From positions 1 through 30,844 of IMG/VR virus record IMGVR_UViG_3300017963_000593: a stretch of DNA of 30,844 nt, one strand, 5' to 3'. The notes below the pieces were generated by a model. The model was not told the DNA's origin, searched no databases, and saw nothing but the letters and a program-made list of their open reading frames with translations. Position 1 is the stretch's first letter. The number at the start of each line of letters is the position of its first letter. This document shows, piece after piece, positions 9,270 to 19,849 of the stretch. The position numbers were made by a program, and so were the translations under genes. This DNA comes from a virus (taxonomy: Duplodnaviria > Caudoviricetes).

Positions 9270-10000
9270 TGAAACGCACTCTTCTGGAAATGGTTCAGTC
9301 TATTCTGTCCGATATGGACTCAGAGGATGTGAACTCTATCAGCGACACTAACGAAGCTGAACAGATAGCTTCTGTCATCGAAGATACATACTATAATATC
9401 ATATCAGCTAGGGATATACCAGAGCACCAACAGCTTCTCAAGCTAACCTCATTGTCTGAACTAGCAAGACCTACACACTTTAGGTATCCTGACAATGTAA
9501 AACAAATTGAGAGTTTGTCTTATAATATAGCTACCACAGGAAGTAATTACAAAAGTATTTACTATGTCCATCCTTTAGAGTTCCTAGAGAAGATGGATGA
9601 TCAGTCTAGTGCTTCACTTAAAATAGCTGACAAGGTAGGCAACACAGACTTGTTTGTCTATAACAATGTTGACCCTAGCTACTATACATCATTTGATGAC
9701 TATCATATCGTTATGGATGCGTATGATGCTTCTAAAGGTACAACACTAGAGGCTAATAGAACAAGAGCATACGGTACTGTCTATCCAACCTTTACTATCT
9801 CAGATAGCTTTGAGCCAGACCTAGATGACAACATGTTGCCCTACCTTTTAGCTGAAGCTAAGTCAACTTGTTTTTCTTTGTTCAAGGCTGGGTCTGATCC
9901 TAAAGTAGAACAACAAGCTAGACGCTTAAAGTCATACGTACAGAACGATATGTACAGAACAAAACAGGCAAACAAAAGGCCATCCTACGGAAGAACATAA
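9269..10000 (+). CDS. tail tubular protein A (head-tail adaptor, T7 gp11-like)
   Basis: 243 aa, N-terminal TLLEMVQSILSDMDSEDVNSISDT.EA pattern; position upstream of the nozzle gene. Confidence 0.75.
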   Translation: MKRTLLEMVQSILSDMDSEDVNSISDTNEAEQIASVIEDTYYNIISARDIPEHQQLLKLTSLSELARPTHFRYPDNVKQIESLSYNIATTGSNYKSIYYVHPLEFLEKMDDQSSASLKIADKVGNTDLFVYNNVDPSYYTSFDDYHIVMDAYDASKGTTLEANRTRAYGTVYPTFTISDSFEPDLDDNMLPYLLAEAKSTCFSLFKAGSDPKVEQQARRLKSYVQNDMYRTKQANKRPSYGRT

Positions 10001-10299
10001 TGCTAGACTTTACAGAAGACACAGTAAACCAAACCTGTGTAGCTAAGTCAGAGAAGTTAGTTACAGAAGTTACAATATCAAAAGAGATCAGTCCTTTTTC
10101 TTTCTTTGTTATTAACTTCAAGAACGGTAAGGTACCTAAGGAACTCAGTGGACGTTACACAAGCATCAACGCAGCTAAGAAAGCCTTAGAGAGTTACCTA
10201 AGAAACAAGCCTAAGTCTCGTACAGTTCAAAGAAATGAGTACGCAGACATGAGAGAGAAAGAACGTAATGCCGCAAAGTCTAGGTCAGAAGGCAGTTAA
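10000..10299 (+). CDS. hypothetical protein
   Basis: 99 aa, TAATG-coupled start, G.VPKELSGRYTS...A motif; 32-nt overlap with the next gene. Confidence 0.65.
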   Translation: MLDFTEDTVNQTCVAKSEKLVTEVTISKEISPFSFFVINFKNGKVPKELSGRYTSINAAKKALESYLRNKPKSRTVQRNEYADMREKERNAAKSRSEGS

Positions 10300-12424
10300 C
10301 AACTTTGTCAGGGGTTTGATCACTGAAGCTGGTGAGCTAACGTTTCCTGAAGGTGCCTCTGTAGATGAATCAAATTGTGAGCTACGTAGAGATGGCTCAA
10401 GGAGAAGAAGATTAGGAGTAGCTTTAGAAAGCAGCTACGTCCTGTCTTCTTTTACTGTTTCTGACAGTGAGATTGTTCACACTGGTGATTGGCTAAACGT
10501 AGGCGGTAACGCTGACCTTGAGTTTTTGGTTGTACAAAAGGGTTCTAATCTTTATTTCTATAATAAGTCAACACTACCTTATTCTTCTCAAGGGTACACA
10601 GACTACGTAGATTTAACTGCCCATGAGTACTCAGGTTCTGCTGGGGCTGAATCAGCTAAGTGTCAGTTTGCTAGTATTAACGGTAATCTGATTGTTTCGT
10701 CTGAAGCTATTGATACTATCTATGTAACGTTTGATAGTGCTAGTGTAGGCAATGAGTTTGCTAGTGTGGCTATCTCTTTTCAAGTTAGAGACTTCGATTG
10801 GCAGGGTAACACAGATACCTATAAGACAGCAGGTTCTACAAACGCAGCAAGAACGTATGACACAAAGAACGCAGGTTGGGTAGGAACTAAGGGTGAGGCA
10901 GCTAGAAGTACTTGGTCAGCAGCTAACTCAGGTAATTACCCACCGCTTACACACCCTTGGTACGCAGGTAAAGACTCTGATAATAACTTTGATGCAGCCG
11001 AATGGGATAAGGTTTTTGCTGGTAACACACTAACCTCTAACGGTCACTACCTTGTTGACTTCTTCAATAAAGTTAGATCAGGTCTGTCTACTGAGACCAT
11101 AGGCACAAGATTTAAATCTGTAGCCTCCTTTGGTGGTCGTGTGTTTTACTCAGGTGTTGCTGATGCTAAACATGCAGGTCACGTTCTATTCTCTAAAGTT
11201 GTAGAAAGTGTAAACGATCTAGGTATTTGTCACCAAGTAAATGACCCAACTGCTGAATACTTAAATGATCTCTTAGCTAGTGATGGTGGTGTTCTTGTTA
11301 TACCTGACGCAGTTAACATCCAGCTTCTTTATCCTTATCAATCAGCCTTGTTTGTCTTTGCTGAGAATGGTGTCTGGCAGATCACAGGTGTAGACGGAGT
11401 ATTCTCCGCTTCTCAGTACGGTATTAACCGTGTGTCTAAGGTAGGTCTTTTAAATCCTCAGACATTTGTAGCTGCTGAAGGTACACCTTTCTGGTGGTCA
11501 AGGTTTGGTATTCACACACTTACGACTGACTCAGTGTCAGGCCAAGGTCAAGAACAAAATATAAGCCTGACAACTATTCAAAGTTTTTGGGATAATATAA
11601 ATACTTCAGTTAAAAATAAAGTAACTTCTGTTTACGATAGTATCAACAAGAAAATTTATTGGGCTTACCCTAATAATGGTGAGGGTGTAGTATCTAAGTT
11701 AAATAACTTTCTCATACTAGATTTAGCTCTTCAGGCTTTTATACCTTGGTCCGTACCTGATCAGACATCAAGTACAGACTGTATAGTAGGTCTAGCATTC
11801 TACTCAGGTTTTGGGGCTGCTGAACTTGAGCTTGACGTTACCTCTAACAGTGGGGCCGATGATGTTGTAACATCTGCTGGTGACGATGTTGTGTCAACTC
11901 AGGTTTCAAGTTTTGCTACTGGTGACCCAGCTTTGGTGCTTGTAGTAAGAGAAGGTAGCAGCAATAAGATAACTATGGCATCCTTTAGTAGTGAAACTTT
12001 CTTGGATTGGGGTGACACAAACTACTCATCCTTTGCTGTCACAGGGTATGACTTTGTAGGAGACCTAGTGACAAAGAAGAATGCACCCTACATTGCTGTC
12101 TACTCAAGATTGACTGAAGAGGGTTTCACAGGCAATGCTATAGATGGCTATGAATCTATCAGACCATCCTCTCTTCTGGTCTCAGCAGCTTGGGACTTTG
12201 CAGATACCTTTAGTTCTACACAACAAGCTTATAGACTAAAGTATCCTGTTGTAGTTGACCCAACTAACTTATCTAACTTTGCGTACCCTGAGGATATTAT
12301 AGTTACCAGACTAAAGATCAGAGGTCATGGCAGGTCTATGAGAATTAAATACGAAAGTGAACAAGGCAAAGACTTTATCCTTTTAGGATGGGGTATGATC
12401 CAAGGAAGGAACACTAGGTTTTAA
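10268..12424 (+). CDS. tail tubular protein B (nozzle, T7 gp12 / P22 gp10-like)
   Basis: 718 aa beta-rich; N-terminal NF.RGLITE...G.RRRRLG pattern; position. Confidence 0.8.
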   Translation: MPQSLGQKAVNNFVRGLITEAGELTFPEGASVDESNCELRRDGSRRRRLGVALESSYVLSSFTVSDSEIVHTGDWLNVGGNADLEFLVVQKGSNLYFYNKSTLPYSSQGYTDYVDLTAHEYSGSAGAESAKCQFASINGNLIVSSEAIDTIYVTFDSASVGNEFASVAISFQVRDFDWQGNTDTYKTAGSTNAARTYDTKNAGWVGTKGEAARSTWSAANSGNYPPLTHPWYAGKDSDNNFDAAEWDKVFAGNTLTSNGHYLVDFFNKVRSGLSTETIGTRFKSVASFGGRVFYSGVADAKHAGHVLFSKVVESVNDLGICHQVNDPTAEYLNDLLASDGGVLVIPDAVNIQLLYPYQSALFVFAENGVWQITGVDGVFSASQYGINRVSKVGLLNPQTFVAAEGTPFWWSRFGIHTLTTDSVSGQGQEQNISLTTIQSFWDNINTSVKNKVTSVYDSINKKIYWAYPNNGEGVVSKLNNFLILDLALQAFIPWSVPDQTSSTDCIVGLAFYSGFGAAELELDVTSNSGADDVVTSAGDDVVSTQVSSFATGDPALVLVVREGSSNKITMASFSSETFLDWGDTNYSSFAVTGYDFVGDLVTKKNAPYIAVYSRLTEEGFTGNAIDGYESIRPSSLLVSAAWDFADTFSSTQQAYRLKYPVVVDPTNLSNFAYPEDIIVTRLKIRGHGRSMRIKYESEQGKDFILLGWGMIQGRNTRF

Positions 12425-12885
12425 TGTCAGAATATACAATACGTGATGCAACCGAACAGGACGTATTAGAAGTTGTAATAGCAGTCAAACAGTTCTGTAA
12501 GGAAATACCCCACCCAGCTTGGAAAAGTTTTGAAGCTAACAAAGTAAGCGAGTTACTTATAAATCTAATCAGACACGAACTAGGTCTTGTTAAGATTGTA
12601 GAGTACGAAGGAGAAATCGTAGGTGCCTTGATTGGAGTAATCAGTAGCCTACCTATTAATAATCTTACCTTCGCACAAGAGTTAATGTTCTGGATAGAAC
12701 CTGAACATAGAAACGGGAAGACAGGACCAAAACTCATAGATCAATACGTAGTCTGGTCGAAAGAAAACGGATGTGAATTTGTTAGGTTGTCAACCTTAGA
12801 TGAAGTCCTAGGAAGCAAGGCTGGTATTCTATTTAGGAGAAAAGGTTTCAGACCTACAGAGACAGCCTATATAAAGGAAGTATAG
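12424..12885 (+). CDS. GNAT-family acetyltransferase-like protein
   Basis: YTIRDATEQD start, FWIEPEHRNGKTGPKLI acetyl-CoA-binding motif A, and LFRRKGF motif B. Confidence 0.85.
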   Translation: MSEYTIRDATEQDVLEVVIAVKQFCKEIPHPAWKSFEANKVSELLINLIRHELGLVKIVEYEGEIVGALIGVISSLPINNLTFAQELMFWIEPEHRNGKTGPKLIDQYVVWSKENGCEFVRLSTLDEVLGSKAGILFRRKGFRPTETAYIKEV

Positions 12886-12886
12886 T

Positions 12887-13450
12887 ATGGCAATATTTAC
12901 AGCTATAGCAACGGGCCTAACTGCTATTGGTCTTACTGGTGTAACAGCAGCAGGTGTTGCTGCAACAGCAGCAGTTGGGGCTACTGCTTATGGTGTCCAG
13001 CAGTCACAAAAGGCAGCAAGTGCAGCTAGAGAATCTGCCCAGATACAGAGACAAGCGGCAGAAACTCAAGTTAGAATGCAAAGAGAAGAAGCCTCTAGAG
13101 CCAGACGCAGTGCTGTAAGACAAAGTATCATCGCTAGAAGTAGATCAAGGGCAGCAGCAGCAGCCCAAAGACAACTAGGTGCTTCTGGTTACTTAGGTGG
13201 TATGGCCTCCCTTACTTCCCAACTAGGAGCTAACCTAGGGTTTGGAAGCATGATGTCAAGTCTAGGCTCTCAGTACACAAGTCTAACAGGTCAAGCCTCT
13301 TATCTAGGTGGTCTATCTCAAATGTATTCCGCAAGGGGTAGTATAGGATTTACCTTGGCTAGTGCTATTAGTGGTCTAAGTGGTCTTTCTAATGTACCTA
13401 CAGCCTCTCCTCCGCAAGAAATACCTTACCCTAGGGGACAGCAATACTAA
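12887..13450 (+). CDS. internal virion / ejection protein (T7 gp14-like)
   Basis: 187 aa, hydrophobic Ala/Gly N-terminus followed by a Gln/Arg/Ala helix; position after nozzle and GNAT. Confidence 0.65.
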   Translation: MAIFTAIATGLTAIGLTGVTAAGVAATAAVGATAYGVQQSQKAASAARESAQIQRQAAETQVRMQREEASRARRSAVRQSIIARSRSRAAAAAQRQLGASGYLGGMASLTSQLGANLGFGSMMSSLGSQYTSLTGQASYLGGLSQMYSARGSIGFTLASAISGLSGLSNVPTASPPQEIPYPRGQQY

Positions 13451-16400
13451 TGGTATCCCTTCTTACTCTCAATGATCAGATAATCAATGAGCAAATCCTC
13501 AAGGAATCTCTCATTGGTCCTCAGATCAGTAAACCTTACAACTCTAGGAGCCAAGTCGAAAGGACTAAGGCTCAAGAGATTTCTATCGCTACAGATTTAC
13601 CTGTAGACCAGATAGAAGCTGAACGTGAGGTAGGTGACGATAGCTCAGAGGTTATAGCTAAGAACGAAAGTCTCAACTTTGACTATGCCTTAGCTATCAA
13701 TCAAGCCTATCAGGATGGTCTACCACCTGAGACTATAGCAGCTATCATTGAGGAACGTAAGGAAAAGGGTGAAGACATGTCTCTTAGTGAGTACATGTTG
13801 GTTCAACACCTTATGCTCTCCGATGGTGACATAAATCCCTATGCAGCTAGAACCCTGACTAACATGGAGACATGGAACAGGTTGATGCAAGAGGCCATCG
13901 AAGAGAATGACCAGAGTGGTATAGGTAAAGTACTTAGTTTCTTCGATGTAAATATCCTCAGAGAGATTACTATCGGTGCATTTGAGAATGTAACCCTTAG
14001 GTCTAACCGTGAAGGTGATACTATCAGGGCTGCATTTAACCAAATGAAACCTGCTGAGTTCGAGAAGTGGGCTTTAGAGTACATAGAGGAACGTAAAGAG
14101 GAGGGTATCTTTAGTTCAGATAGTATCTGGAACTTGTACAAGACAGCTAATGATGCAACCTACCTAGGGGATGACCCTATGTCTGGTGTCTATGCGTTGT
14201 TTGGTGTTGCTGACATAGCTACGCTTGGGTCAACAAGACTCGTAACAGGACCAGCCTCTGCCTTGGCTAGACAAACAGGCAAGGTTTTAGGTATAACCAA
14301 AGCTAAAAGACCTGTTGATGTGATAGCTACACTAGGTGATGAGGTACAGGCAGCAAGTGTATCAGCAAGGTTAGTGGATGATGTAGGCGCACAGACAGAC
14401 GAGATCAATGCTGGACGTACACTGCCAGAAGAACTAGACCCTGTTTCTGGGCCAAATGCTCGTCCATCAAGTGCCACAGTAAGAGATCACACAGTAAAGA
14501 CTAGGCTCACAGAAGAGTTAGAGTTAGCTAACCGAAGAGGTACCTTTGGTGAGTACGTACCTAGAGCCAGTATCGACGCCTTAGCCCTTAGAACAGCAGA
14601 GAGTATAGCTAAGAAAACAAACAACGTAGCTCTTACTCGTTCTGTCAAACCTATGTCTGTAATTGATGAAGGCTCAGATGACTACAAGATCGTAGTTCGT
14701 ATGGGTAAAGACAAGACAGGTGGTTTTTTCAGACGTAAGATGGACGCAGAGGCCATAGCTAAGAACGATCCTACACTAAGAGTAGTCAAAAGGGAAGAGG
14801 GTCGTGGCTGGTACCTAGAGACAGAGAAGAGACTTGACATCTCTGACCTACCTGAGGCTATGCAGATAGTACAGAAGTCTGACTTTATCAGAGATGCTAT
14901 CAATAAAGTCTTTGGTGCAGCTACAGTTCGCCTAGGTGACAAGCTAGGTGCCAAGTTCTTACAGGCTGAGTCTGGTCAGGCTCTCATAGGTGACCTCGTA
15001 AAGCCATACCAAAAGAAAATAAACAAGGTTAAAGGCAAAGAACTAGAAAACCTGTCAGATTTCATGACGCAGCTACGTGATGGTGAGCTATCACATATGC
15101 GTCAGGCTCCTTCTGTAGCTAGCTTTGAGGCCATGTACAAAACTATGTACGGGTCTACCCCCAGCAAAGCTACTACGGAAGGATATGAGGCTCTTATTGA
15201 CATCCTAGATACAACGTGGCAGATTAAATCTTCTGAGAGATTGAAGAGAGCCGTGGCTGCTGATGGTGTCTTCCTTGAGATGACCGATGAGTTTGGAAAT
15301 GTAGCCTATAAGGTAGCCCAGAGCCAGATAGACGATGAGTTTATTCTTGATCTAGCTACACTAAGGCCAATCCGTAAGGATAAACTCAAGGGTGACCAGA
15401 TAGTCTACAAGGTTCCTGAGACATTCATGGACCATCTATACTTTGTCAACCCTAAGAGTGTCAGAGTTTTAGAACGAGTAGACATTATGCCGTACAATAT
15501 CGGTGGTCCTCGTACTAACTCTGAGTTCCGTTGGTTCTTGGGTACTGTTAAGGAGCAAAGGCTCGCTTCAGGTAAGTCTGTGTCTGTGGGTTTCAAGACT
15601 CTACTAGGTTCTTTCGGTAAAGACCAGATAGAACTGGCTGTATCTCAGCTAAATAACATAAGTCGTTCAGTTAAGAAACTCCTAGATCAGAACGGTATTG
15701 ATGACATCGCATTACTTAGTCTAAGCAAAGCTGAGTATGATGAGCTAGGTAATGTTATCAGGGCCAACAATACATGGAATAAACACGTCACTGACCTAGA
15801 AGATTTGCAGAGGCTAGCCCAAACCCACAAGTTCAACTTTACAGAACAATTCGTAGCTAAAGCTAGGGACGAAAAGATTTCTATAGGTGAAGCTGGTGGT
15901 GATCCTACTCGCTTTGGTTTGTCAGTAGGTGAAGACGTAAGTGTCAAGATGAATAACCTTGGCATGAAACGAGGTGACACACCTCTCATTGAGTTTGGCG
16001 GTAAGTCAGCTACGAATGCTAATCCAATATCAGCTATCGCTGACCAGTTTGGTACTGAAGCTTTTGGTTATGCTAATCGTGCAGCCTCACAGAGTGCTTT
16101 AGTTGGCTGGAATAAACTAGCAGAAGCTAACCAAGGACTAATCAGGAATTGGGATAGAGTTAGTGCTCTCCCTAAGAATGACTTCTTGGGTAGACTTTTG
16201 GAAGCTGAAGTTACCAAGACAGGTAAGTTTAACGATGTAGCTGCACAACTACGTGAGACACAGGATGTCATCAAGCGTAGGCTCAATCAACCTACTTGGC
16301 TGTCAGATAAATGGGAATCCTTCACAAGGTCAGCTACTGAATACGTCTTCGAAAAGACAGGGTTCAAGTGGGACTTAGCTGCTACTGACCCCTCATCTCA

Positions 16401-17901
16401 ACTACTGAAAGTTGGCTTCTACTCTAAGTTTGGTTTCTTCAATCCAGACCAATTTATGCTTCAGGGTTTGCATAGTCTTACCATCGTAGGTATCTCTCCT
16501 ACCAGTGGTGTTAAAGCACTAGGTCTGACGACACCTATGATGGTCATAGCAAACTCTAAAGGTGCCGCTAGACAGACAGCAATTAAACGTTTAGCTAAGA
16601 TGTCAGGTCTATCTGAGGATGAGTTGAATACTCTTGTCAGATACATAGATGAAAGCGGGAGGAATATCATTGACAACCAAGTTATCGAACTCCAAGCTCC
16701 TCAAAAATTTGGTGCGGCTAGCACTCTTACGGGCAAAGCTCAAGCATCAGTTGGAAAATTCTTAGACACCTCAACCGTTTTCTTCAGAGAGGGTGAACGT
16801 TTCTCTCGTATGACAGGGATTATTACAGCATTCCTTGAGCACAGAGCTAAACGTCCCGACATTGATCCTCTGTCTCCCTCAGGTAAGACTTGGATTACCA
16901 ACAGAGAACAAGACCTCACCTTCCGTATGACCTCAGCATCTAGAAGTTTTGCTCAGTCAGGTCCGATGAGAGTACCTACTCAGTGGTTAACCTTCTCCCT
17001 CAGAGCTATGGAGAACATAGTTGTAGGCCGTAACTTTACTGTTGGCGAGAGAAGACGTATGGCTCTAGTTATGGGGCCAATGTGGGGCTTGACAGGACTT
17101 GGTATAGGCCGTACAGCAGGGTACGTCACAGAAAAATTAGGATACTCCTCAGATGATCCTCAGGCTGTAGAGAGGCACAACATGATCAAGTACGGATTAT
17201 TTGATCAGCTTCTAGGTTGGGGTCTAGGTACTGAGACAGCATATGCACAAAGGGCTGCACCTCTAGGTCAGGTCACAGACACCTATCGTAAGCTCTTCGA
17301 TGAAAGCCTGATCACCACTCTATTCGGTCCATCAGGTGAAATCGCAGAAGACTTCTCCTCTGCTGGTGTCAACGCTATCAGGTCAATGTTTGGTGGACGT
17401 ACTGAAATGGTACGAGAAGACTTGACGCAAGTGGTTCGCAACTTGTCTACTGTTGACAAGATCGTAAAGATCAGAGAACTTATAGAAACTGGTAACTATC
17501 GTAGCCGTACACGTAAGTTAGTAGTCGGTGGTCTGACAACCAGAGATGCTGCTGCTGTACTTATGGGTGCTACCCCTGCACCTGTACAGAACTACTACGA
17601 CTATCAAGAGATGGTCTTCAAGAAGAACGAGAAGTACCGTGAGATAAGAACCAGATTAAAGTCTAAGGCTGATAGAGCTATGTCTTTATTGACAGAAGGT
17701 GACCAAGAGGACTTCCTAAAAGGCTCTAAACTTTGGGAAGAAATTAATGATGAACTATGGGCTATGCCTTTGTCTAATGAGCTAAAAATATCTCTTCAGA
17801 ATAGTCTTGTGAACGCAGGTCAAATACCTGATATAATGAGAAATGCCCACAAACTGAACCTAGGCTACTCTGCTGGTCTTCTTCAGCAACAAATGTATTA
17901 A
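13450..17901 (+). CDS. large internal virion / ejection protein
   Basis: 1483 aa mostly helical ORF in the ejection-protein position; no catalytic motif recognised. Confidence 0.7.
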   Translation: MVSLLTLNDQIINEQILKESLIGPQISKPYNSRSQVERTKAQEISIATDLPVDQIEAEREVGDDSSEVIAKNESLNFDYALAINQAYQDGLPPETIAAIIEERKEKGEDMSLSEYMLVQHLMLSDGDINPYAARTLTNMETWNRLMQEAIEENDQSGIGKVLSFFDVNILREITIGAFENVTLRSNREGDTIRAAFNQMKPAEFEKWALEYIEERKEEGIFSSDSIWNLYKTANDATYLGDDPMSGVYALFGVADIATLGSTRLVTGPASALARQTGKVLGITKAKRPVDVIATLGDEVQAASVSARLVDDVGAQTDEINAGRTLPEELDPVSGPNARPSSATVRDHTVKTRLTEELELANRRGTFGEYVPRASIDALALRTAESIAKKTNNVALTRSVKPMSVIDEGSDDYKIVVRMGKDKTGGFFRRKMDAEAIAKNDPTLRVVKREEGRGWYLETEKRLDISDLPEAMQIVQKSDFIRDAINKVFGAATVRLGDKLGAKFLQAESGQALIGDLVKPYQKKINKVKGKELENLSDFMTQLRDGELSHMRQAPSVASFEAMYKTMYGSTPSKATTEGYEALIDILDTTWQIKSSERLKRAVAADGVFLEMTDEFGNVAYKVAQSQIDDEFILDLATLRPIRKDKLKGDQIVYKVPETFMDHLYFVNPKSVRVLERVDIMPYNIGGPRTNSEFRWFLGTVKEQRLASGKSVSVGFKTLLGSFGKDQIELAVSQLNNISRSVKKLLDQNGIDDIALLSLSKAEYDELGNVIRANNTWNKHVTDLEDLQRLAQTHKFNFTEQFVAKARDEKISIGEAGGDPTRFGLSVGEDVSVKMNNLGMKRGDTPLIEFGGKSATNANPISAIADQFGTEAFGYANRAASQSALVGWNKLAEANQGLIRNWDRVSALPKNDFLGRLLEAEVTKTGKFNDVAAQLRETQDVIKRRLNQPTWLSDKWESFTRSATEYVFEKTGFKWDLAATDPSSQLLKVGFYSKFGFFNPDQFMLQGLHSLTIVGISPTSGVKALGLTTPMMVIANSKGAARQTAIKRLAKMSGLSEDELNTLVRYIDESGRNIIDNQVIELQAPQKFGAASTLTGKAQASVGKFLDTSTVFFREGERFSRMTGIITAFLEHRAKRPDIDPLSPSGKTWITNREQDLTFRMTSASRSFAQSGPMRVPTQWLTFSLRAMENIVVGRNFTVGERRRMALVMGPMWGLTGLGIGRTAGYVTEKLGYSSDDPQAVERHNMIKYGLFDQLLGWGLGTETAYAQRAAPLGQVTDTYRKLFDESLITTLFGPSGEIAEDFSSAGVNAIRSMFGGRTEMVREDLTQVVRNLSTVDKIVKIRELIETGNYRSRTRKLVVGGLTTRDAAAVLMGATPAPVQNYYDYQEMVFKKNEKYREIRTRLKSKADRAMSLLTEGDQEDFLKGSKLWEEINDELWAMPLSNELKISLQNSLVNAGQIPDIMRNAHKLNLGYSAGLLQQQMY

Positions 17902-17910
17902 GGAAAAACT

Positions 17911-19842
17911 ATGGCTGGATATGCAATGGATTTAGGTGAGGCTGGCTCTGAGTATGCACAAGGTGTCACAATGCCTAGTGCAACTGAGCTAGGTGCATCT
18001 GCCCAAGCGATAGAGGGTATAGGTAGGGGTCTCTTCAGTGTCATGGATAGCATGGTGTCCTCTGGTAAACAGAAGACACAAGCCTCTATTGACCGTGAGA
18101 TGTACGGAAGCTTTGCTAAACGCCTACAAGAATTAAAAGGACAGGAAGGTCTTACTCTCAGGTCTTCTGTCAACTCTCTTATATCTGAGTACTCAGCCCA
18201 AGGTTTTGAAATTGATGCTAACGCATCTAAGCTTATCAAGATGCAGACAGGTATTGATGTTGATTACCTTAATGTAAACCCTCAGCAAGAAGCTTTGAAC
18301 TTAGTCAGTAAGAAGATAGCAGAGAACCCAGCTTATTTGATCCTTGCAGAACAAACTCTAGCTGCTACAGGCAAACCGCCCACAGATCAGGACATACTTG
18401 TAGAAGCTATCGGTCAAGTGCAGAGGAACGAAGCAGCAGCTTTGTACCTGACTAATTCTAAGAACGTAGGGAGGGCTGAGTTCTACTCCTCTTATCTACC
18501 TCAAGCTACAATGGCTCTAGACAATGTAAGAAATCTTGCCTTGATGGGCTTGGATATAGAACTAGCAGGTGGGAACGTTAGCCCTGATAGCATTATGCAA
18601 TTGAAAGCTAAGTTTGATGTAGTCAAAAGTCAATTCGTTAAACCACCTCTAATTCAAGACGACGACTGGCAAAATGTAAAAAGCCAGATTGATACCTTGG
18701 ATCAACTTCTAGTCAGACTTGAGACATACGATGAGGAAAGACTAAAGAAAGTTAAAGCTGGTATCATTACTCCTCTGACAGAAGCCATAGCTATGCAAGC
18801 TAAGACTATGGAAGACCCAGCAGCAGCCTTTGCTATTCTTAGTAATTTAGATAAGGTGTCTGATATTTGGATGAATAAATATCTTCCAGAACAAATAAAA
18901 TTATCTAACGAAATCTTACCTAATAACGTAGAGTTTACTTCTCTTCCTGTCTTCCCTGAGTTAGCTCAGCAGGTCAGCCAGAACGTAGAAGAAGCTACAC
19001 TCACGCCAACAGAAGTTCTTCACACTCAGGAATCTATTGCAGCAGCAGAAAAGAGAAAACCTAAAGACCGTAAGGAAGCTATTGACTTTGCCTACCTCAA
19101 TCAGGTATCTCTATTCACACCTGACACAATGGCTGAAGACTTTGCTAGAGAAAACTTTGTCAGAGGCTTAGAGATCATCTCTGTCAATATGATAACATCA
19201 CCTAATATTATAGATGATGCAACTATAGCTAAGATATTCTCAGAGGATACCTTTAATAAACTAAGGAAACTCAAGCAGTACGATAATGATGCCTACTTGG
19301 TAACTAAAGAACGTATAGCAAATGCGTTACGATTCCAGAAAACAGCGCAAGCTACAGCAGTTCAGGGTGCACTGAAAGACCCTGAAAATAGATTCCTGAC
19401 TGTAGGTGACCAAGGTCAAGTTATGCTAAATGAAGAGGCTATTGCTACTGCTTATCCAACAGGTGAGAAAGTCCTCTTCAAAGTAAAAGACTTGGCTAAT
19501 ACTTACTATAACAATGATCTCATGGAGATGTATAGAGATTTAGGCCGCAAGATTCCTATGGAAACAAGACGTGAGTTCAAAGGAACAAGTCTTGACTTTG
19601 CTCGAATAAATGAGGCAGTTAGAAAAGCTGACAAGCTTATGTCAGGTGTCACCAAATACGATGAACTCCTACGTAGACTAGGTGCTCCTACTGAGGTACC
19701 TACGGCTGGTGCAGACTATACAGAAGATAATCCTTATACTTTCTCAGGTCAAACAGACGAAGAACAACAGGTTGAGTTCGATCAACTACCTGCTGACAGT
19801 TGGTTTATTGATCCTGATACTGGTATTTTGGCACAGAAGTGA
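17911..19842 (+). CDS. internal virion / ejection protein
   Basis: 643 aa helical protein, AAGGA RBS, C-terminal FDQLP..SWFIDPD.G motif. Confidence 0.6.
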   Translation: MAGYAMDLGEAGSEYAQGVTMPSATELGASAQAIEGIGRGLFSVMDSMVSSGKQKTQASIDREMYGSFAKRLQELKGQEGLTLRSSVNSLISEYSAQGFEIDANASKLIKMQTGIDVDYLNVNPQQEALNLVSKKIAENPAYLILAEQTLAATGKPPTDQDILVEAIGQVQRNEAAALYLTNSKNVGRAEFYSSYLPQATMALDNVRNLALMGLDIELAGGNVSPDSIMQLKAKFDVVKSQFVKPPLIQDDDWQNVKSQIDTLDQLLVRLETYDEERLKKVKAGIITPLTEAIAMQAKTMEDPAAAFAILSNLDKVSDIWMNKYLPEQIKLSNEILPNNVEFTSLPVFPELAQQVSQNVEEATLTPTEVLHTQESIAAAEKRKPKDRKEAIDFAYLNQVSLFTPDTMAEDFARENFVRGLEIISVNMITSPNIIDDATIAKIFSEDTFNKLRKLKQYDNDAYLVTKERIANALRFQKTAQATAVQGALKDPENRFLTVGDQGQVMLNEEAIATAYPTGEKVLFKVKDLANTYYNNDLMEMYRDLGRKIPMETRREFKGTSLDFARINEAVRKADKLMSGVTKYDELLRRLGAPTEVPTAGADYTEDNPYTFSGQTDEEQQVEFDQLPADSWFIDPDTGILAQK

Positions 19843-19849
19843 GAATATA

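Noticed and set aside
11855-11900. Short GATGATGTTGT / GACGATGTTGT repeat in the nozzle gene
   Set aside because: Two-copy coding repeat (DDVV) only; not an array or a DGR repeat pair.
13720-18239. Many antisense ORFs of 60-110 aa within the large ejection genes (also within TerL, capsid, RNR, thyX and polA)
   Set aside because: Shadow ORFs of long coding regions, with no RBS or recognisable motifs.
19682-19849. N-terminal extension of the 528-aa ORF overlapping the upstream gene, as a possible frameshift fusion
   Set aside because: The upstream gene ends in a coherent C-terminal motif and ATG 19850 follows its stop by 7 nt; no slippery site seen.
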